In this document: positions 16,869 to 27,328 of the stretch, piece by piece
How the letters are laid out: each line of letters begins with the position of its first letter
Position numbering within the stretch: the first letter of the stretch is position 1
Assembly (NCBI GenBank): GCA_937903035.1
Contig: CALCZP010000004.1
Coordinates: forward strand, 12,570-76,569
Length of the DNA: 64,000 nucleotides
Reading direction: 5' to 3'
Source of the DNA: an uncultured bacterium
GTDB lineage: Bacteria; Patescibacteriota; Minisyncoccia; Phycocordibacterales; UBA9973
Position numbers and translations under genes: made by a program
Notes under the pieces: generated by a model
Databases searched by the model: none
What the model was told of the DNA's origin: nothing
What the model saw: only the letters and a program-made list of their open reading frames with translations

Positions 16869-17129
16869 TTATGCTGCAACATTTTGTCGTAGCAAATGAA
16901 GTTTAAATGTGTTAAACGCAAGCTTTGGTGTGACGTGAGAAAATAATTGACCATTGTCAGTATATGACCCCATTACGACACCAGAAACAGTTGCTTCTAA
17001 CTTCATACTGATTTGTCCGACCGAAGTAGTAGCGGTGGCATTGACTACGGTCTCATTACTTGAAAATTCAATTTTTTCCTGGATAAGCATAGCTACCCAA
17101 GGCTCAAGGGATGGATGAATCTTCTGCAT
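16869..17129 (-). CDS. Hypothetical protein (86 aa)
   Basis: ATG 17129 below the rpsI terminator; the longer ORF-track start overlaps rpsI. Confidence 0.5.
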   Translation of the reverse strand: MQKIHPSLEPWVAMLIQEKIEFSSNETVVNATATTSVGQISMKLEATVSGVVMGSYTDNGQLFSHVTPKLAFNTFKLHLLRQNVAA

Positions 17130-17211
17130 AAAAAACGATTTGGTTCGACCTATAGTATATACCTCAGCAAAAACAAAACACCTCTTGCGAGGTGCTGTGT
17201 TTTGTTTTGTT

Positions 17212-17616
17212 TTAACGCTTTGACCACTGTGGGGCCTTGCGAGCTTTCTTGAGACCGAACTTGCGGCGCTCTTTTGATCGAGGGTCACGCTTGAGAAATC
17301 CTTCCTGCTTGAGCGTGGTCTTGTCGCTCTCATGCTCAACCACGAGACCTCGAGCAATACCATGACGGACTGCTTCAGCCTGTGAGTGAATACCTGAGCC
17401 TTTCACGAGGACACTCACTGAGTATGCGTCTGCCTTCTCAGCAACCTTCATCGGATCAGTAACGATCTTCTGGAGCTCATCTGTTGGGAAATAGGTTGCA
17501 AGGTCCTTGCCGTTGATCACGTAGCTTGATTTAGTAGCCGGAGTGATGCGTACACGAGCTGTCGCAGTTTTGCGGCGGCCGATGGTCTCTATGTATCTTT
17601 TCTTTGTTTTATCCAT
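17212..17616 (-). CDS. rpsI: 30S ribosomal protein S9
   Basis: GRRKTATARV, ERRKFGLKKARKAPQWSKR. Confidence 0.98.
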   Translation of the reverse strand: MDKTKKRYIETIGRRKTATARVRITPATKSSYVINGKDLATYFPTDELQKIVTDPMKVAEKADAYSVSVLVKGSGIHSQAEAVRHGIARGLVVEHESDKTTLKQEGFLKRDPRSKERRKFGLKKARKAPQWSKR

Positions 17617-17633
17617 ATATTTCTGTATCTAAA

Positions 17634-17978
17634 TTATTCGGTCACGGTGAGAGCTTTCATCATCTCGTTCTGAAGCTTGTTCTTTGGGAGCATACCTTTG
17701 ACTGCGAGTGTTACGACTTCTGCATAGCCTTTCTTTTCGACAACGTGCGCCATACTTGAAACCTTGAGTCCACCTGGGTAGCCAGAGAAACTAAGGTAGG
17801 TCTTGTCTTTGAGCTTTGGAGCTGTAACCTTGAGCTTTGACGCGTTGGTTACGGTCACAGTTACCCCTGAAAGGTTGTTGCGAGTGAACTCTGGACTGTT
17901 CTTACCCATGAGAAGTACTGCTACTTCTGAAGCGAGACGGCCGAGTGATTTGTTTGTTGCGTCGATAGTGTGGTTCAT
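17634..17978 (-). CDS. rplM: 50S ribosomal protein L13 (short form)
   Basis: IDATNKSLGRLASEVA, SGYPGGL, GMLPKNKL. Confidence 0.95.
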   Translation of the reverse strand: MNHTIDATNKSLGRLASEVAVLLMGKNSPEFTRNNLSGVTVTVTNASKLKVTAPKLKDKTYLSFSGYPGGLKVSSMAHVVEKKGYAEVVTLAVKGMLPKNKLQNEMMKALTVTE

Positions 17979-17982
17979 AAAA

Positions 17983-18333
17983 TTATACGAGTTCAATAAC
18001 TGCCATTGGACTTGCGTCCCCTTTGCGAGGCGTAAGCTTGGTGATACGAGTGTAGCCACCTGGACGTTCTGCGTAGCGAGGAGCGATAGCAATGAGACGA
18101 TCTACGACATCAGTGCTGTTGTAGAGACCTGCAAGGAGGAGACGACGGTTTGCAAGGGTAGGATTCTTGGCCTTGGTGAGCATTTTCTCAAACTTTGGGC
18201 GAAGTTCCTTTGCCTTCGCTTCTGTAGTAAGGATACGCTCGTGCAATACCAATGATGCTACAAGCCCCTTCAAAAGAGCTGTTCGCTGGTTGTTATCACG
18301 TCCGAATTTTCTGTTGGCATCATGGTGTCGCAT
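17983..18333 (-). CDS. rplQ: 50S ribosomal protein L17
   Basis: MRHH..RKFGR, TTEAKAKELR, RPGGYTRI. Confidence 0.97.
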   Translation of the reverse strand: MRHHDANRKFGRDNNQRTALLKGLVASLVLHERILTTEAKAKELRPKFEKMLTKAKNPTLANRRLLLAGLYNSTDVVDRLIAIAPRYAERPGGYTRITKLTPRKGDASPMAVIELV

Positions 18334-18355
18334 AGTGAGTACTCTTTATAGCGTA

Positions 18356-19369
18356 TTAATCCTTCAAAGACAAGTTGAATGCAGCAAGTGCTTCCTTGAT
18401 CTCGGTAATCCCCTTGTCGCCAATGCCGTCGATCTCAAGAAGATCAGCAACATGCTTGCGCGCAACACCTCCGACAGTGCGGATGTTTGCTGCAGAGAGC
18501 GCATTGAGGGTACGAGTAGAAAGGCCGATTGCATCGATGCGATTCTTGAGCACATCAGTCACATCAACTGAATCATCTTCTGATGAAGTTGCTTCTTCAG
18601 ATGCTTCTGTGACTTCCATAGCCGGAGCTACAGCTTTTGCACTTACTTTTGACTGAATGTCAGCAATGATTGCACCGCTGTCTACTGATACGATAGCCGC
18701 AAGCTGCTCGATCATCGTGTTTACTGAGGTTTCAAGTGCCTCACGTGGTGAGATCGTTCCATCAGTTTCAATGGTCATACGAAGACGGTTGAAGTTCGTC
18801 TTGTCGCCGACACGCATTTCCTCTACATCGTAGCTCACGCGACGGATTGGAGAGAAAATAGCATCGAGAAAGATCGTACCGATGTCAGCCCTCTGTTTGT
18901 TGTGGTGTGCATCACGAGGAACAAAACCGAGGCCACGTTCGATGGTGAGTTCAACATCGAGAGAAACCTTGCTAGTAATCTCACAGATGTACTGGTCAGT
19001 ATTTGAAATAGTTACAGCACCTTTTGCATTGATATCAGCAGCAGTTACTTTTTTTGGACCTTTTACTGAGAAAGAAACCTTTACTGGCTCATCACCAACG
19101 AGCTGAAAACGGACGTTTTTGAGGTTCAAAAGGATTGTAATAACGTCTTCTTTGACGCCTTCGATCGTAGAAAATTCATGAGAAACACCATCAATCTTGA
19201 CTGCAGTTACTGCAGCACCAGAGAGTGATGAAAGGATAATACGACGAAGCGAGTTACCAAGGGTGTATCCGTATCCTGGTACGAGACCGTCAATCTCAAA
19301 TACGCCTTTGTTAGCTTCTTCTGAAATTGCCTTTGGTTTTGATGGGAGGGTGATTTTTTGCTCAGTCAT
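18356..19369 (-). CDS. rpoA: RNA polymerase alpha subunit
   Basis: GYGYTLGNSLRRIILSS, HEFSTIEGVKED. Confidence 0.97.
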   Translation of the reverse strand: MTEQKITLPSKPKAISEEANKGVFEIDGLVPGYGYTLGNSLRRIILSSLSGAAVTAVKIDGVSHEFSTIEGVKEDVITILLNLKNVRFQLVGDEPVKVSFSVKGPKKVTAADINAKGAVTISNTDQYICEITSKVSLDVELTIERGLGFVPRDAHHNKQRADIGTIFLDAIFSPIRRVSYDVEEMRVGDKTNFNRLRMTIETDGTISPREALETSVNTMIEQLAAIVSVDSGAIIADIQSKVSAKAVAPAMEVTEASEEATSSEDDSVDVTDVLKNRIDAIGLSTRTLNALSAANIRTVGGVARKHVADLLEIDGIGDKGITEIKEALAAFNLSLKD

Positions 19370-19421
19370 AGTATTATACTTTACAACTATTTTGTAATTA
19401 TTGCAATAATGTGTCGTAACG

Positions 19422-20033
19422 TTATCGGCTGTAGTACTCAAGAACCGTTTCAAACTGGAGGAATGCCTCTGTATTCTTTGGCTTTCCTACTACCTCTGCC
19501 TTGAGCTCAGCTGGTACCAGCTTGAGCCATGTCGGCCAGGTGTAGCTTTCTACTTTCTTTTCAAATTCACCAAATGCAGGACTCTTGCGAGATCCTTCGC
19601 GAACTGAGATCACATCTCCAACGCGCACCGCATATGAAGGAATGGTTACCTTGGTGCCGTTGACAGTGAAGTGACCATGTGAGACGAGCTGACGAGCAAA
19701 GCGACGAGTGTTTGCAAAACCAAGACGATATACAACGTTATCGAGACGGTTTTCGAGTTCTTCGAAGAGCTTTTCGGTTACTGGCATACCTTTAGTGTGG
19801 GTTGCCTTTTCTACGTAGTTTGAAAGCTGCTTTTCAGAAAGTCCATATGAAAAACGAACTTTTTGCTTTTCGATGAGCTGACGACCGTAGTCAGAAGGCT
19901 GCTTTGGGCGCTTGCCTTTTGATGCTGCTGCAGACTTTTTAGTCTCAGACTGTACGTACTTCGCAGTCTGGCATTTTTCAAAAACACCAGAACCGAGACG
20001 TCGACACATTTTGTATTTTGCTCTTGTTTCCAT
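19422..20033 (-). CDS. rpsD: 30S ribosomal protein S4
   Basis: SDYGRQLIEKQK, LENRLDNVVYRLG. Confidence 0.97.
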   Translation of the reverse strand: METRAKYKMCRRLGSGVFEKCQTAKYVQSETKKSAAASKGKRPKQPSDYGRQLIEKQKVRFSYGLSEKQLSNYVEKATHTKGMPVTEKLFEELENRLDNVVYRLGFANTRRFARQLVSHGHFTVNGTKVTIPSYAVRVGDVISVREGSRKSPAFGEFEKKVESYTWPTWLKLVPAELKAEVVGKPKNTEAFLQFETVLEYYSR

Positions 20034-20037
20034 AAAA

Positions 20038-20469
20038 CTATACTCTTCGTGGTTTCTTAGCCTTTACTCCGTTGTGTGGAACTGGAGTCTGGTCCTTGAT
20101 TGATAATAGTTCGATTCCTGTACCGACGAAACCTCGGATCAATGGTTCGCGACCACTTCCAACACCGGTAACAAGCACATGGGTTTCTTTGATACCGATG
20201 GCAGTAGCTTTTTCAGCAAGGATTTCACCCACCTTTGAAGCAGCAAATGGAGTTCCTTTTTTTGCACCCTTGAAGCCAAGTGAACCTGATGAAGACCAGA
20301 AGAGAACATTACCTTTGAGGTCACTGACAACTGCTTTGGTGTTGTTAAAGGTTGCTTCAATAGCAAGGATTGAGGTAGTGAGTTTCTTTTTTGGTGTACG
20401 AGCAGCAGTACGTGCGCGTGCCCCGTCAACCAACTGTCCTTCTTGATTTGTGATACGTTTTTTACCCAT
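20038..20469 (-). CDS. rpsK: 30S ribosomal protein S11
   Basis: TFNNT, GFKGAKKGTPFAA, TPVPHNG. Confidence 0.97.
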   Translation of the reverse strand: MGKKRITNQEGQLVDGARARTAARTPKKKLTTSILAIEATFNNTKAVVSDLKGNVLFWSSSGSLGFKGAKKGTPFAASKVGEILAEKATAIGIKETHVLVTGVGSGREPLIRGFVGTGIELLSIKDQTPVPHNGVKAKKPRRV

Positions 20470-20479
20470 ATATTATCGA

Positions 20480-20860
20480 TTATGTTTTAGATTCCTTACG
20501 ACGTCCGCTACCCATAGTGTTTCGGATGTTCCCACGAACGGTACGAGAGTTGGTCTTAGTACGCTGACCTTTGACTGGGAGGCGACGCATGTGACGAACA
20601 CCACGGTATGCTTTGATATCTTTGAGACGCTTGATATTTGAAGCAATCTCACGCTTGAGGTTACCTTCGATGGTGCGGTCTTCGAGGATGGTACGAATCG
20701 CATTTTCTTGTTCGAGGGTGATATCAGCAGGTTTTGCAGATGAAGCAACACCAACTTGCTTGAGAACCTTGTTCGCAGTTGCTGTACCTACACCATAGAG
20801 TGAGGTAAGGCCGATAGAAAGCTGTTTTTCATTTGGAATAGTAATACCGAGAATACGCAT
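20480..20860 (-). CDS. rpsM: 30S ribosomal protein S13
   Basis: YRGVRHMRRLPVKGQRTKTNSRT. Confidence 0.97.
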   Translation of the reverse strand: MRILGITIPNEKQLSIGLTSLYGVGTATANKVLKQVGVASSAKPADITLEQENAIRTILEDRTIEGNLKREIASNIKRLKDIKAYRGVRHMRRLPVKGQRTKTNSRTVRGNIRNTMGSGRRKESKT

Positions 20861-20869
20861 GGGAAAGTC

Positions 20870-20980
20870 TTATTGTTTTTGCTTATGTTTAGGGTTGTCA
20901 CAAATCACGAGTAAGTGCCGACTGCGTTTTACAATCTTGCACTTGTCACACATCTTTTTAACTGTTGATTTGACTTTCAT
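20870..20980 (-). CDS. rpmJ: 50S ribosomal protein L36
   Basis: Not in ORF track; [36 protein letters not shown]. Confidence 0.95.
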   Translation of the reverse strand: MKVKSTVKKMCDKCKIVKRSRHLLVICDNPKHKQKQ

Positions 20981-21030
20981 AAAATAAAAAAGTTGCACTG
21001 TAGATTTCAGGCCGAGGGAGTATACACTAC

Positions 21031-21240
21031 CTATCCTCTTCTGACAATACGCGCTTTGCCACCGTACGGATCAAGAATCATTTCGACAGAATCCCCTACT
21101 AATACCTTGATACGATGCAGTCTCATTTTGCCAGCTAAATAAGCAACAATGAGTTGCTCATTTGCGAGCTCGACTCGGAACATGGTATTGGGGAGGGCTT
21201 CCTTTACGATACCCTTAACTACTTCTTCTTGTGATGCCAT
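21031..21240 (-). CDS. infA: Translation initiation factor IF-1
   Basis: [26 protein letters not shown]. Confidence 0.96.
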   Translation of the reverse strand: MASQEEVVKGIVKEALPNTMFRVELANEQLIVAYLAGKMRLHRIKVLVGDSVEMILDPYGGKARIVRRG

Positions 21241-21284
21241 GTGGTTACCGGAACACTATACTATAAGGCTTTATTTGGGTCAAC

Positions 21285-22553
21285 TTATTTGACTTCAACC
21301 TTGATTCGAGACTCCTTGGTTGGGAAAAAGGGTGACCAAAATGGGAGTAATGAGTATCGAGCTGTATCAATTTCTGGTATAGCAGCAAGTGCGGAAACAA
21401 ACTTTGTCCGAGGAAGACCAACAAGTACATCAGTGACTTCTGAGATAGAGGCTTTAGGAATAAGGGTTCCCGACCCAGAAACACGGATAGTGATAGACTC
21501 TGGTACACGAGTAGGACTGGTTGGAATAGCAGATATAGGATCAACTGAAAGATTTGCAAGTGTCGGTACACTCACCCGCGGAAGCGTGGCACCACTGACA
21601 GCTTTGGTAGCAATAGCACTCTCAAGAAGCTCCCTCGAAATCAAATATGAGACCATGGTACCACTGATTGTTGCAGGAAACTTCACTTCAGGACCTTCAA
21701 GCTTGAGCAGATCAGTATTAATAGAAACAAACTGAAGATTTGGGTAGGTAATCAAATTTTCAGGAATCTGGGTGCGAGTCTCCCGCTTGAGACGCTCGGT
21801 AAGTTGCGCAGTAAGGGTCGCCATTACTTCCGGGCGATCAGCATTGGATACACCATGCATCATCCCTGACTCACCCCCACTAATAACACCAGCAGATTGG
21901 GCATAAAATGTCTTTGATGAGCCAAATCCACTCACACTAAAACTTGTACCATTTGTGTTATATGCAGGACCGGTCTCCTCTGCAACAACCAATACAGAAG
22001 CACTTGTACCAGCTGTTTTCTTTTTAGTCTTAGTATCGGTGGTATACCCAGGAACTGTAACTGATGCCTGTGTTATATAACGTTTGCCATTTTGTGCGGT
22101 AAGTGTGGTACCACTTTTAACCGTTTTAGCTGTAGTGCTTAACTCATTAAAAAAGACCACCTTGCCGCGAGCTTTTGAAGTACTTGCACGAAGCTCTGAG
22201 CCATAGACCTCACGACTAATAGTCGCCTCAACAACCATGGTCTGGAATGAGAGTCTCCCTTGTGCAGCATCCTTTTCATGCAAAAGTTCAAGCTCAGCAT
22301 TGGTCAATGAAAATGGTATTCGTCGCTCAACAATCGTCACCTGTGCACGCACCATATACATACCTGCAACATAGAGTCCTACCAACAGGATACCTGCACC
22401 ACCGATAATAAACAGTTTTTTCCATGGTGACTGCCGTTTGTAATTGACGTTAGGTGCAGGGGCATCATGATGGACCGCTTTCTCTATTGTACTATCAGAG
22501 AACTGCTTGTCATTTTGCAATCGTTCTTTGCGGATAACGTCGTAGAGTTTCAT
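21285..22553 (-). CDS. Membrane-anchored baseplate J/gp47-like protein
   Basis: Single N-terminal TM; KARGKVVFFN, GTTLT, V.A.E.GPAYN motifs. Confidence 0.65.
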   Translation of the reverse strand: MKLYDVIRKERLQNDKQFSDSTIEKAVHHDAPAPNVNYKRQSPWKKLFIIGGAGILLVGLYVAGMYMVRAQVTIVERRIPFSLTNAELELLHEKDAAQGRLSFQTMVVEATISREVYGSELRASTSKARGKVVFFNELSTTAKTVKSGTTLTAQNGKRYITQASVTVPGYTTDTKTKKKTAGTSASVLVVAEETGPAYNTNGTSFSVSGFGSSKTFYAQSAGVISGGESGMMHGVSNADRPEVMATLTAQLTERLKRETRTQIPENLITYPNLQFVSINTDLLKLEGPEVKFPATISGTMVSYLISRELLESAIATKAVSGATLPRVSVPTLANLSVDPISAIPTSPTRVPESITIRVSGSGTLIPKASISEVTDVLVGLPRTKFVSALAAIPEIDTARYSLLPFWSPFFPTKESRIKVEVK

Positions 22554-22561
22554 TGGTAATA

Positions 22562-23719
22562 TTATATCAGGCGCTTGGCAAAAAGAGTTGCTATCGAAAG
22601 TGGAATATCAACGCTCACATCATCAATTGCTCTGATATGACTATCAAGTACTGCTTCAGTAAGAAAAATAGGTTGCACTACTCCTCGAGAACATGCATGC
22701 TGAATAAATGGATCATGTGTAATGACATTAACAAGCAGTGATTCAAACCGTGGGTCAGCGCTGATATAGCAACGCTCAGGTAAGCAAAAACCATACCGTC
22801 CTGTATCGAGTACTTGCTGTAATGCTTTCTGCCATGTTTCTTGAAATACACCAAGTGCTTCTGTTGCTTTTTGAGCACCAAGACCGCCGAGCTTGTTGAG
22901 ACGATACCCTTCAAACAGCGTCCGTGCCTCAAGAATACTTGCTGCATCAAGAGCTCTATAGAGCGCATACATACCTACAGGAAATGAGTGTTGATACAAA
23001 AAGAGTCCGTCTTTGACGAAAGCAACATCAGTAATCTCCTCTCCGACATCGATAACGATACACTCATCATCAGGATGAATATGGTCACGACTCACAATAT
23101 ACGCCGCAAATGGTGCGGTTGTGACGCCAAGCGTACGGTCGCCATATGCGCGCTTGAGTGGAGTCAATATACGATCCATCACCATAGTGGGTACAGTAGT
23201 AATTGTAATAGACAGCTCGAGCGACGTCGCAGATTTACCATAGGGATTTTCAGTTGTATAGCCATTGAGCTTTATACTTGAGAGCTGCTTTTCAACAACA
23301 CTTCCCTCACTACCAAACCCAGTATCGGTTGTTACTGCATGAGCGAGCTCTTTGTCGATGAGTCCATCAACAAGCTTTTGAGTACATATGAAAGGCACTG
23401 TCTTGGTATATACCATCGTACGAGTTTGTGAGAGGTACCAGGGAGATGCAAGTACTACTTGTATATAGTCGGGATGATGAACATCAGCTTTGTGCAATCG
23501 AGCAACCACCTGCTCAAGATTTTTTGCAGTGTGTTCAACAAGTCGTGCAATATCAGGTTCACCCGAGAGTGCGGCATCTACTCGTGTCGATGCAAGAAAA
23601 AGAGACTGGTGTTTAGTATGAACATCACGCTCGAGCAATACATGTCCTCCAGCAACAGAGCTTGAACTAATATCAAATACGGCGATAACTTTTTTTGGAC
23701 GCGGACGCGCAAATAACAT
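22562..23719 (-). CDS. FtsA/PilM-like actin-fold protein
   Basis: VFDISSSSV and VIDVGEEITDV phosphate-loop-like motifs, SFPVG. Confidence 0.7.
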   Translation of the reverse strand: MLFARPRPKKVIAVFDISSSSVAGGHVLLERDVHTKHQSLFLASTRVDAALSGEPDIARLVEHTAKNLEQVVARLHKADVHHPDYIQVVLASPWYLSQTRTMVYTKTVPFICTQKLVDGLIDKELAHAVTTDTGFGSEGSVVEKQLSSIKLNGYTTENPYGKSATSLELSITITTVPTMVMDRILTPLKRAYGDRTLGVTTAPFAAYIVSRDHIHPDDECIVIDVGEEITDVAFVKDGLFLYQHSFPVGMYALYRALDAASILEARTLFEGYRLNKLGGLGAQKATEALGVFQETWQKALQQVLDTGRYGFCLPERCYISADPRFESLLVNVITHDPFIQHACSRGVVQPIFLTEAVLDSHIRAIDDVSVDIPLSIATLFAKRLI

Positions 23720-23752
23720 GCACCAAGTATAGCGCGAAGAAGTAAAGTTGTC

Positions 23753-25501
23753 CTATGAAAGGATCGCTTTAATACGACGAATACCGGCAGACGATGCTTC
23801 TTCTTTTTGAATAGTAAACTTTCCAAGTAATGCTGTTTCAGTAACGTGTGGTCCACCACAAAACTCTTTGGAAACTGGCGTACCATTTTTATCTTCGATG
23901 AAATACACCGACACAATATCGGGGTATTTAGTACCAAACTCCATTTCTGCCCCAATTGCCTCAGCATCGGTACGTGGCATTTCGCGACGACAAACCCTAT
24001 GGTTTTCAGTGATCCACGTATTTACCTGATCTTCAACTGCTTTTTTCTCTTGATCAGTCATCTTGCGGTCAAAATTGAAGTCGAGACGGAGACGCTCGTC
24101 AGTAATGTTGCTTCCCTTTTGTTTTACTTCGGGCCCAAGGACTTTCTGAAGAGCAGCGAGAAGTAAGTGATGTGCGGTATGGAGTTTAGTCGTCATTTCT
24201 GTAGTACCAGCAAGTCCCCCTTTGAATTTCTGTTCGGCACCTGCACGAGACGCAGCTTGATGTGCAGCCATATCAGCGTCAAACTTTACACGATCGATAC
24301 TCATCCCCTTTTCTGACGCCAGCTCTTCGGTAAGCTCAATAGGAAAACCATAGCTCGTCGCAAGAAGAAACGGATCAGTTCCCTTTTCAAATTCTTTAAG
24401 CCCCTGTGCAAGCGTTTTGCCAAATTTATTGATTTCAGCATAAATCACTTCAACAATCTCAGCCTGTTTTTCAAAAACATCATAGACACTCTGATATGGG
24501 GCAAGCAATGCCGTGATAATACCTGCAAGCTTTTCACGCTCAATCAGTAATACCTTGTTCATATAAAAACGCGTTGCACGACGAATCAATCGACGAAGAA
24601 TATAACCCTGGTCTTTATTGCCAGGAAGCACACCATCAGCAATCAGAAATGATGCAGTGCGAAGGTGGTCAACAATAATACGTGATTCTCGCATATCATA
24701 AGTCCCTGTATGACTGTCGAGATATGCTATCGCTGGTGCAAAAAAGTCAGTATCATAGACAGTAGTCTTGCCTTGTATGAGCATTGTAATGCGTTCAAGA
24801 CCACTACCAGTATCAATATTTTTTTGTGGAAGCTGCCCAACCACCGCACCATCTTTTGAAAGGTACTGCATGAATACATCATTCCAAATCTCAACAACTT
24901 CACCGATATCGTCCGCAGCAACATACTCCTCGTGTGTCATATCACCAAGACCTTGCGGGGTAACATCATAAAACATCTCTGTGTCAGGACCACACGGGCC
25001 ATTATCACCCGCACTCCACCAGTTGTTTTTCTTTGGCAGAAAATAAATACGATGTTCAGGAATGTACTGCTTCCAAATCTCAACCGCTTCGAGATCACGC
25101 GGTGCATTGTCATCACCCTCAAATACGGTCACATAGAGACGAGCAGGATCAAGTCCAAGACCCTGGTCCTTTGATGTGAGGAATTCATAGCTCCATTTGA
25201 TCGCGTCTTCTTTGAAATAATCCCCGAGCGACCAGTTGCCAAGCATTTCAAAAAACGTAAGATTCTTGTGGTTGCCTACCTCTTCGATATCACCGGTACG
25301 AACGCATTTCTGACAACTTGCCAGACGCTTGCCAAGCGGATGTGTCTCACCCATCAAATACGGCACAAGTGGCTGCATACCAGCGGTATTGAAGAGTACA
25401 GACGGATCATTCTTAGGTACAAGTGAGGCAGACGGAACAACCGCGTGTCCACGTGTTTCAAAAAAGGTGAGGAATTTCTGTCTGATCTCAGCTGATGTCA
25501 T
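23753..25501 (-). CDS. alaS: Alanine--tRNA ligase (no C-Ala domain)
   Basis: FNTAGMQP, FFEMLGNWS, HTAHHLL, EFCGGPH. Confidence 0.96.
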   Translation of the reverse strand: MTSAEIRQKFLTFFETRGHAVVPSASLVPKNDPSVLFNTAGMQPLVPYLMGETHPLGKRLASCQKCVRTGDIEEVGNHKNLTFFEMLGNWSLGDYFKEDAIKWSYEFLTSKDQGLGLDPARLYVTVFEGDDNAPRDLEAVEIWKQYIPEHRIYFLPKKNNWWSAGDNGPCGPDTEMFYDVTPQGLGDMTHEEYVAADDIGEVVEIWNDVFMQYLSKDGAVVGQLPQKNIDTGSGLERITMLIQGKTTVYDTDFFAPAIAYLDSHTGTYDMRESRIIVDHLRTASFLIADGVLPGNKDQGYILRRLIRRATRFYMNKVLLIEREKLAGIITALLAPYQSVYDVFEKQAEIVEVIYAEINKFGKTLAQGLKEFEKGTDPFLLATSYGFPIELTEELASEKGMSIDRVKFDADMAAHQAASRAGAEQKFKGGLAGTTEMTTKLHTAHHLLLAALQKVLGPEVKQKGSNITDERLRLDFNFDRKMTDQEKKAVEDQVNTWITENHRVCRREMPRTDAEAIGAEMEFGTKYPDIVSVYFIEDKNGTPVSKEFCGGPHVTETALLGKFTIQKEEASSAGIRRIKAILS

Positions 25502-25510
25502 GGGGATACT

Positions 25511-27274
25511 TTATATCTTTTTCATCTTTTTTGCGAGTTTCTCGAGTTTGATAATATCAGCCTCTATTCCTTTGAGGCCCGCCTCAAAGAATGCTTTATT
25601 AGTTGTGATACCAATCGACTTAAAAATATCTTTTGGATTCATTGAACGACCCGCAGAAAGAAACTGTTCTACTTTGTGTATATACGCATGATCTTGTTTC
25701 CAATTTTCAAACAAAACACGACTCACCAATCCTCCGTAGGCATACGTGTAGGTGTAGAAGAAATATCGAATATGTGGCCAGGTAACAAAGGAATATCCAT
25801 CGTCTTCGGTAATAGTAAATGCATCTCCACAGTATGCCTGCAAATGTTTTTGCATGAGCTGCGCCATTACTTCTTTACTCACCTGTCCTTCTGTTCGTAT
25901 ACGGGTATGCAATTCTAATTCAAAATTGAAACATGCAATCTGACAAAAAATAGCGTGAATATCTTCTGAAAGAGATCGATGCAGATGAATAAACTTTTCT
26001 TCATCAGAAAGATATTTCTGAAGCTCAAGTCCAACAAACTGCTCAAAAAACATACTCGCGACCTCCGCTGTCGCAAGTGAGTGACCCTGATACAAAGGCG
26101 ACAAATGATTATCAAGTTCAGCATGAATTGCATGTCCCATCTCATGTGCAAGTGTTTCAATAGATTGCACATTATCTACCTGATTGAGCAAAATATACGT
26201 TGGCAAATCACCTACAGACATGCAATAACCACCAGAAGACTTACCCGAGCGTGGATATACATCGATCTGACCCTTTTGAAGGTAGCTTTCAAGTAATGCT
26301 CCATATTTTGGATCCGCAGTAGTAAGTGCGTCTTTTGCAACAGAAGCTCCTGTTTTGAAATCGAATTTCTTTTTAATTGCACCTATCATTACACGACGAT
26401 CTGCGAGGGTAATCTTTTTTTCTCCTAACAACTTTGCATGTAGTTTATAAAATCGGCGACTAAGTCCGAAATGATCGGTAACAAGTTCTGAAAATTCTTT
26501 GATTTCATCTTCAGTGTTTTCATTTCCAATAACAGAAGCACTGTATGGTGTTTTATACCCTCGCTTTTCGTCAATCACCTTTTTATAGTTACAAATGGCA
26601 TTTAATTCAGCTTCAGCAAGGAAACTGATAGATTTTGAAACCATCGTCATCTCATGCGCCATCAAGTGTCGTTCTTTTTTTGGAAGATTGACGAGCATAT
26701 CTCTTGCCTCGGAAAGTGGAATACGTTTCTTTTTATACCTAACAGTTTGCTTGCCGAGCATTTTTTTCTGAACATCAAGCCACATCGCCTCACTCGTTTG
26801 ATTTAGCAAATTATTTAGTTGCTCTTCTTTTTCACTTAGTTGATACGAGGCATTGAGAAATATATTTTTCAGAAAGTGTACATACGGTTGTAACACAGCT
26901 TCAGCAAGATACCGCTTCTGTGCTACTAAAGGAATTTTTGCAATTTCAAGAGTGAAAAATGTTGCCTTGTTGCTTGCCGTAGCAATACGATGCTCAACAA
27001 GTGTTGCCCTTGCTTGAAGGTTTGTATTATCTGATTCAATATCTTTTTTAAGATAAAAGTACAACAATGGTTTTGAAAGCCATGCTTCGTTGAGTGACTC
27101 ATATTGCTTCAATGCTTTTGCAAGCTTCTGAGGTGTTTCAATATAAGCCTTGTTACGATATGTTTTTTCAAAATCACTGCAAGCCTTTTCGATTGCAAGA
27201 ATATCGCATTCCATTTCTGGATCATGTTCGCTTTTGTAGAGTAATCCCAAATCCCACTTAACCTTATAGTTCAT
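25511..27274 (-). CDS. M3 family oligoendopeptidase F
   Basis: WDL N-terminus, TLAHEMGHAIH, AEVAS. Confidence 0.9.
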   Translation of the reverse strand: MNYKVKWDLGLLYKSEHDPEMECDILAIEKACSDFEKTYRNKAYIETPQKLAKALKQYESLNEAWLSKPLLYFYLKKDIESDNTNLQARATLVEHRIATASNKATFFTLEIAKIPLVAQKRYLAEAVLQPYVHFLKNIFLNASYQLSEKEEQLNNLLNQTSEAMWLDVQKKMLGKQTVRYKKKRIPLSEARDMLVNLPKKERHLMAHEMTMVSKSISFLAEAELNAICNYKKVIDEKRGYKTPYSASVIGNENTEDEIKEFSELVTDHFGLSRRFYKLHAKLLGEKKITLADRRVMIGAIKKKFDFKTGASVAKDALTTADPKYGALLESYLQKGQIDVYPRSGKSSGGYCMSVGDLPTYILLNQVDNVQSIETLAHEMGHAIHAELDNHLSPLYQGHSLATAEVASMFFEQFVGLELQKYLSDEEKFIHLHRSLSEDIHAIFCQIACFNFELELHTRIRTEGQVSKEVMAQLMQKHLQAYCGDAFTITEDDGYSFVTWPHIRYFFYTYTYAYGGLVSRVLFENWKQDHAYIHKVEQFLSAGRSMNPKDIFKSIGITTNKAFFEAGLKGIEADIIKLEKLAKKMKKI

Positions 27275-27328
27275 AGAATCCATAATACCAGAAAACAACA
27301 AAGCCCCAAGTGAGGGGGCTTTGTTGTT

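Noticed and set aside
17170-17200. CACCTC-N4-GAGGTG hairpin similar to the one at 6552-6601
   Set aside because: Positioned as the rpsI terminator, with no adjacent recombination-like site.
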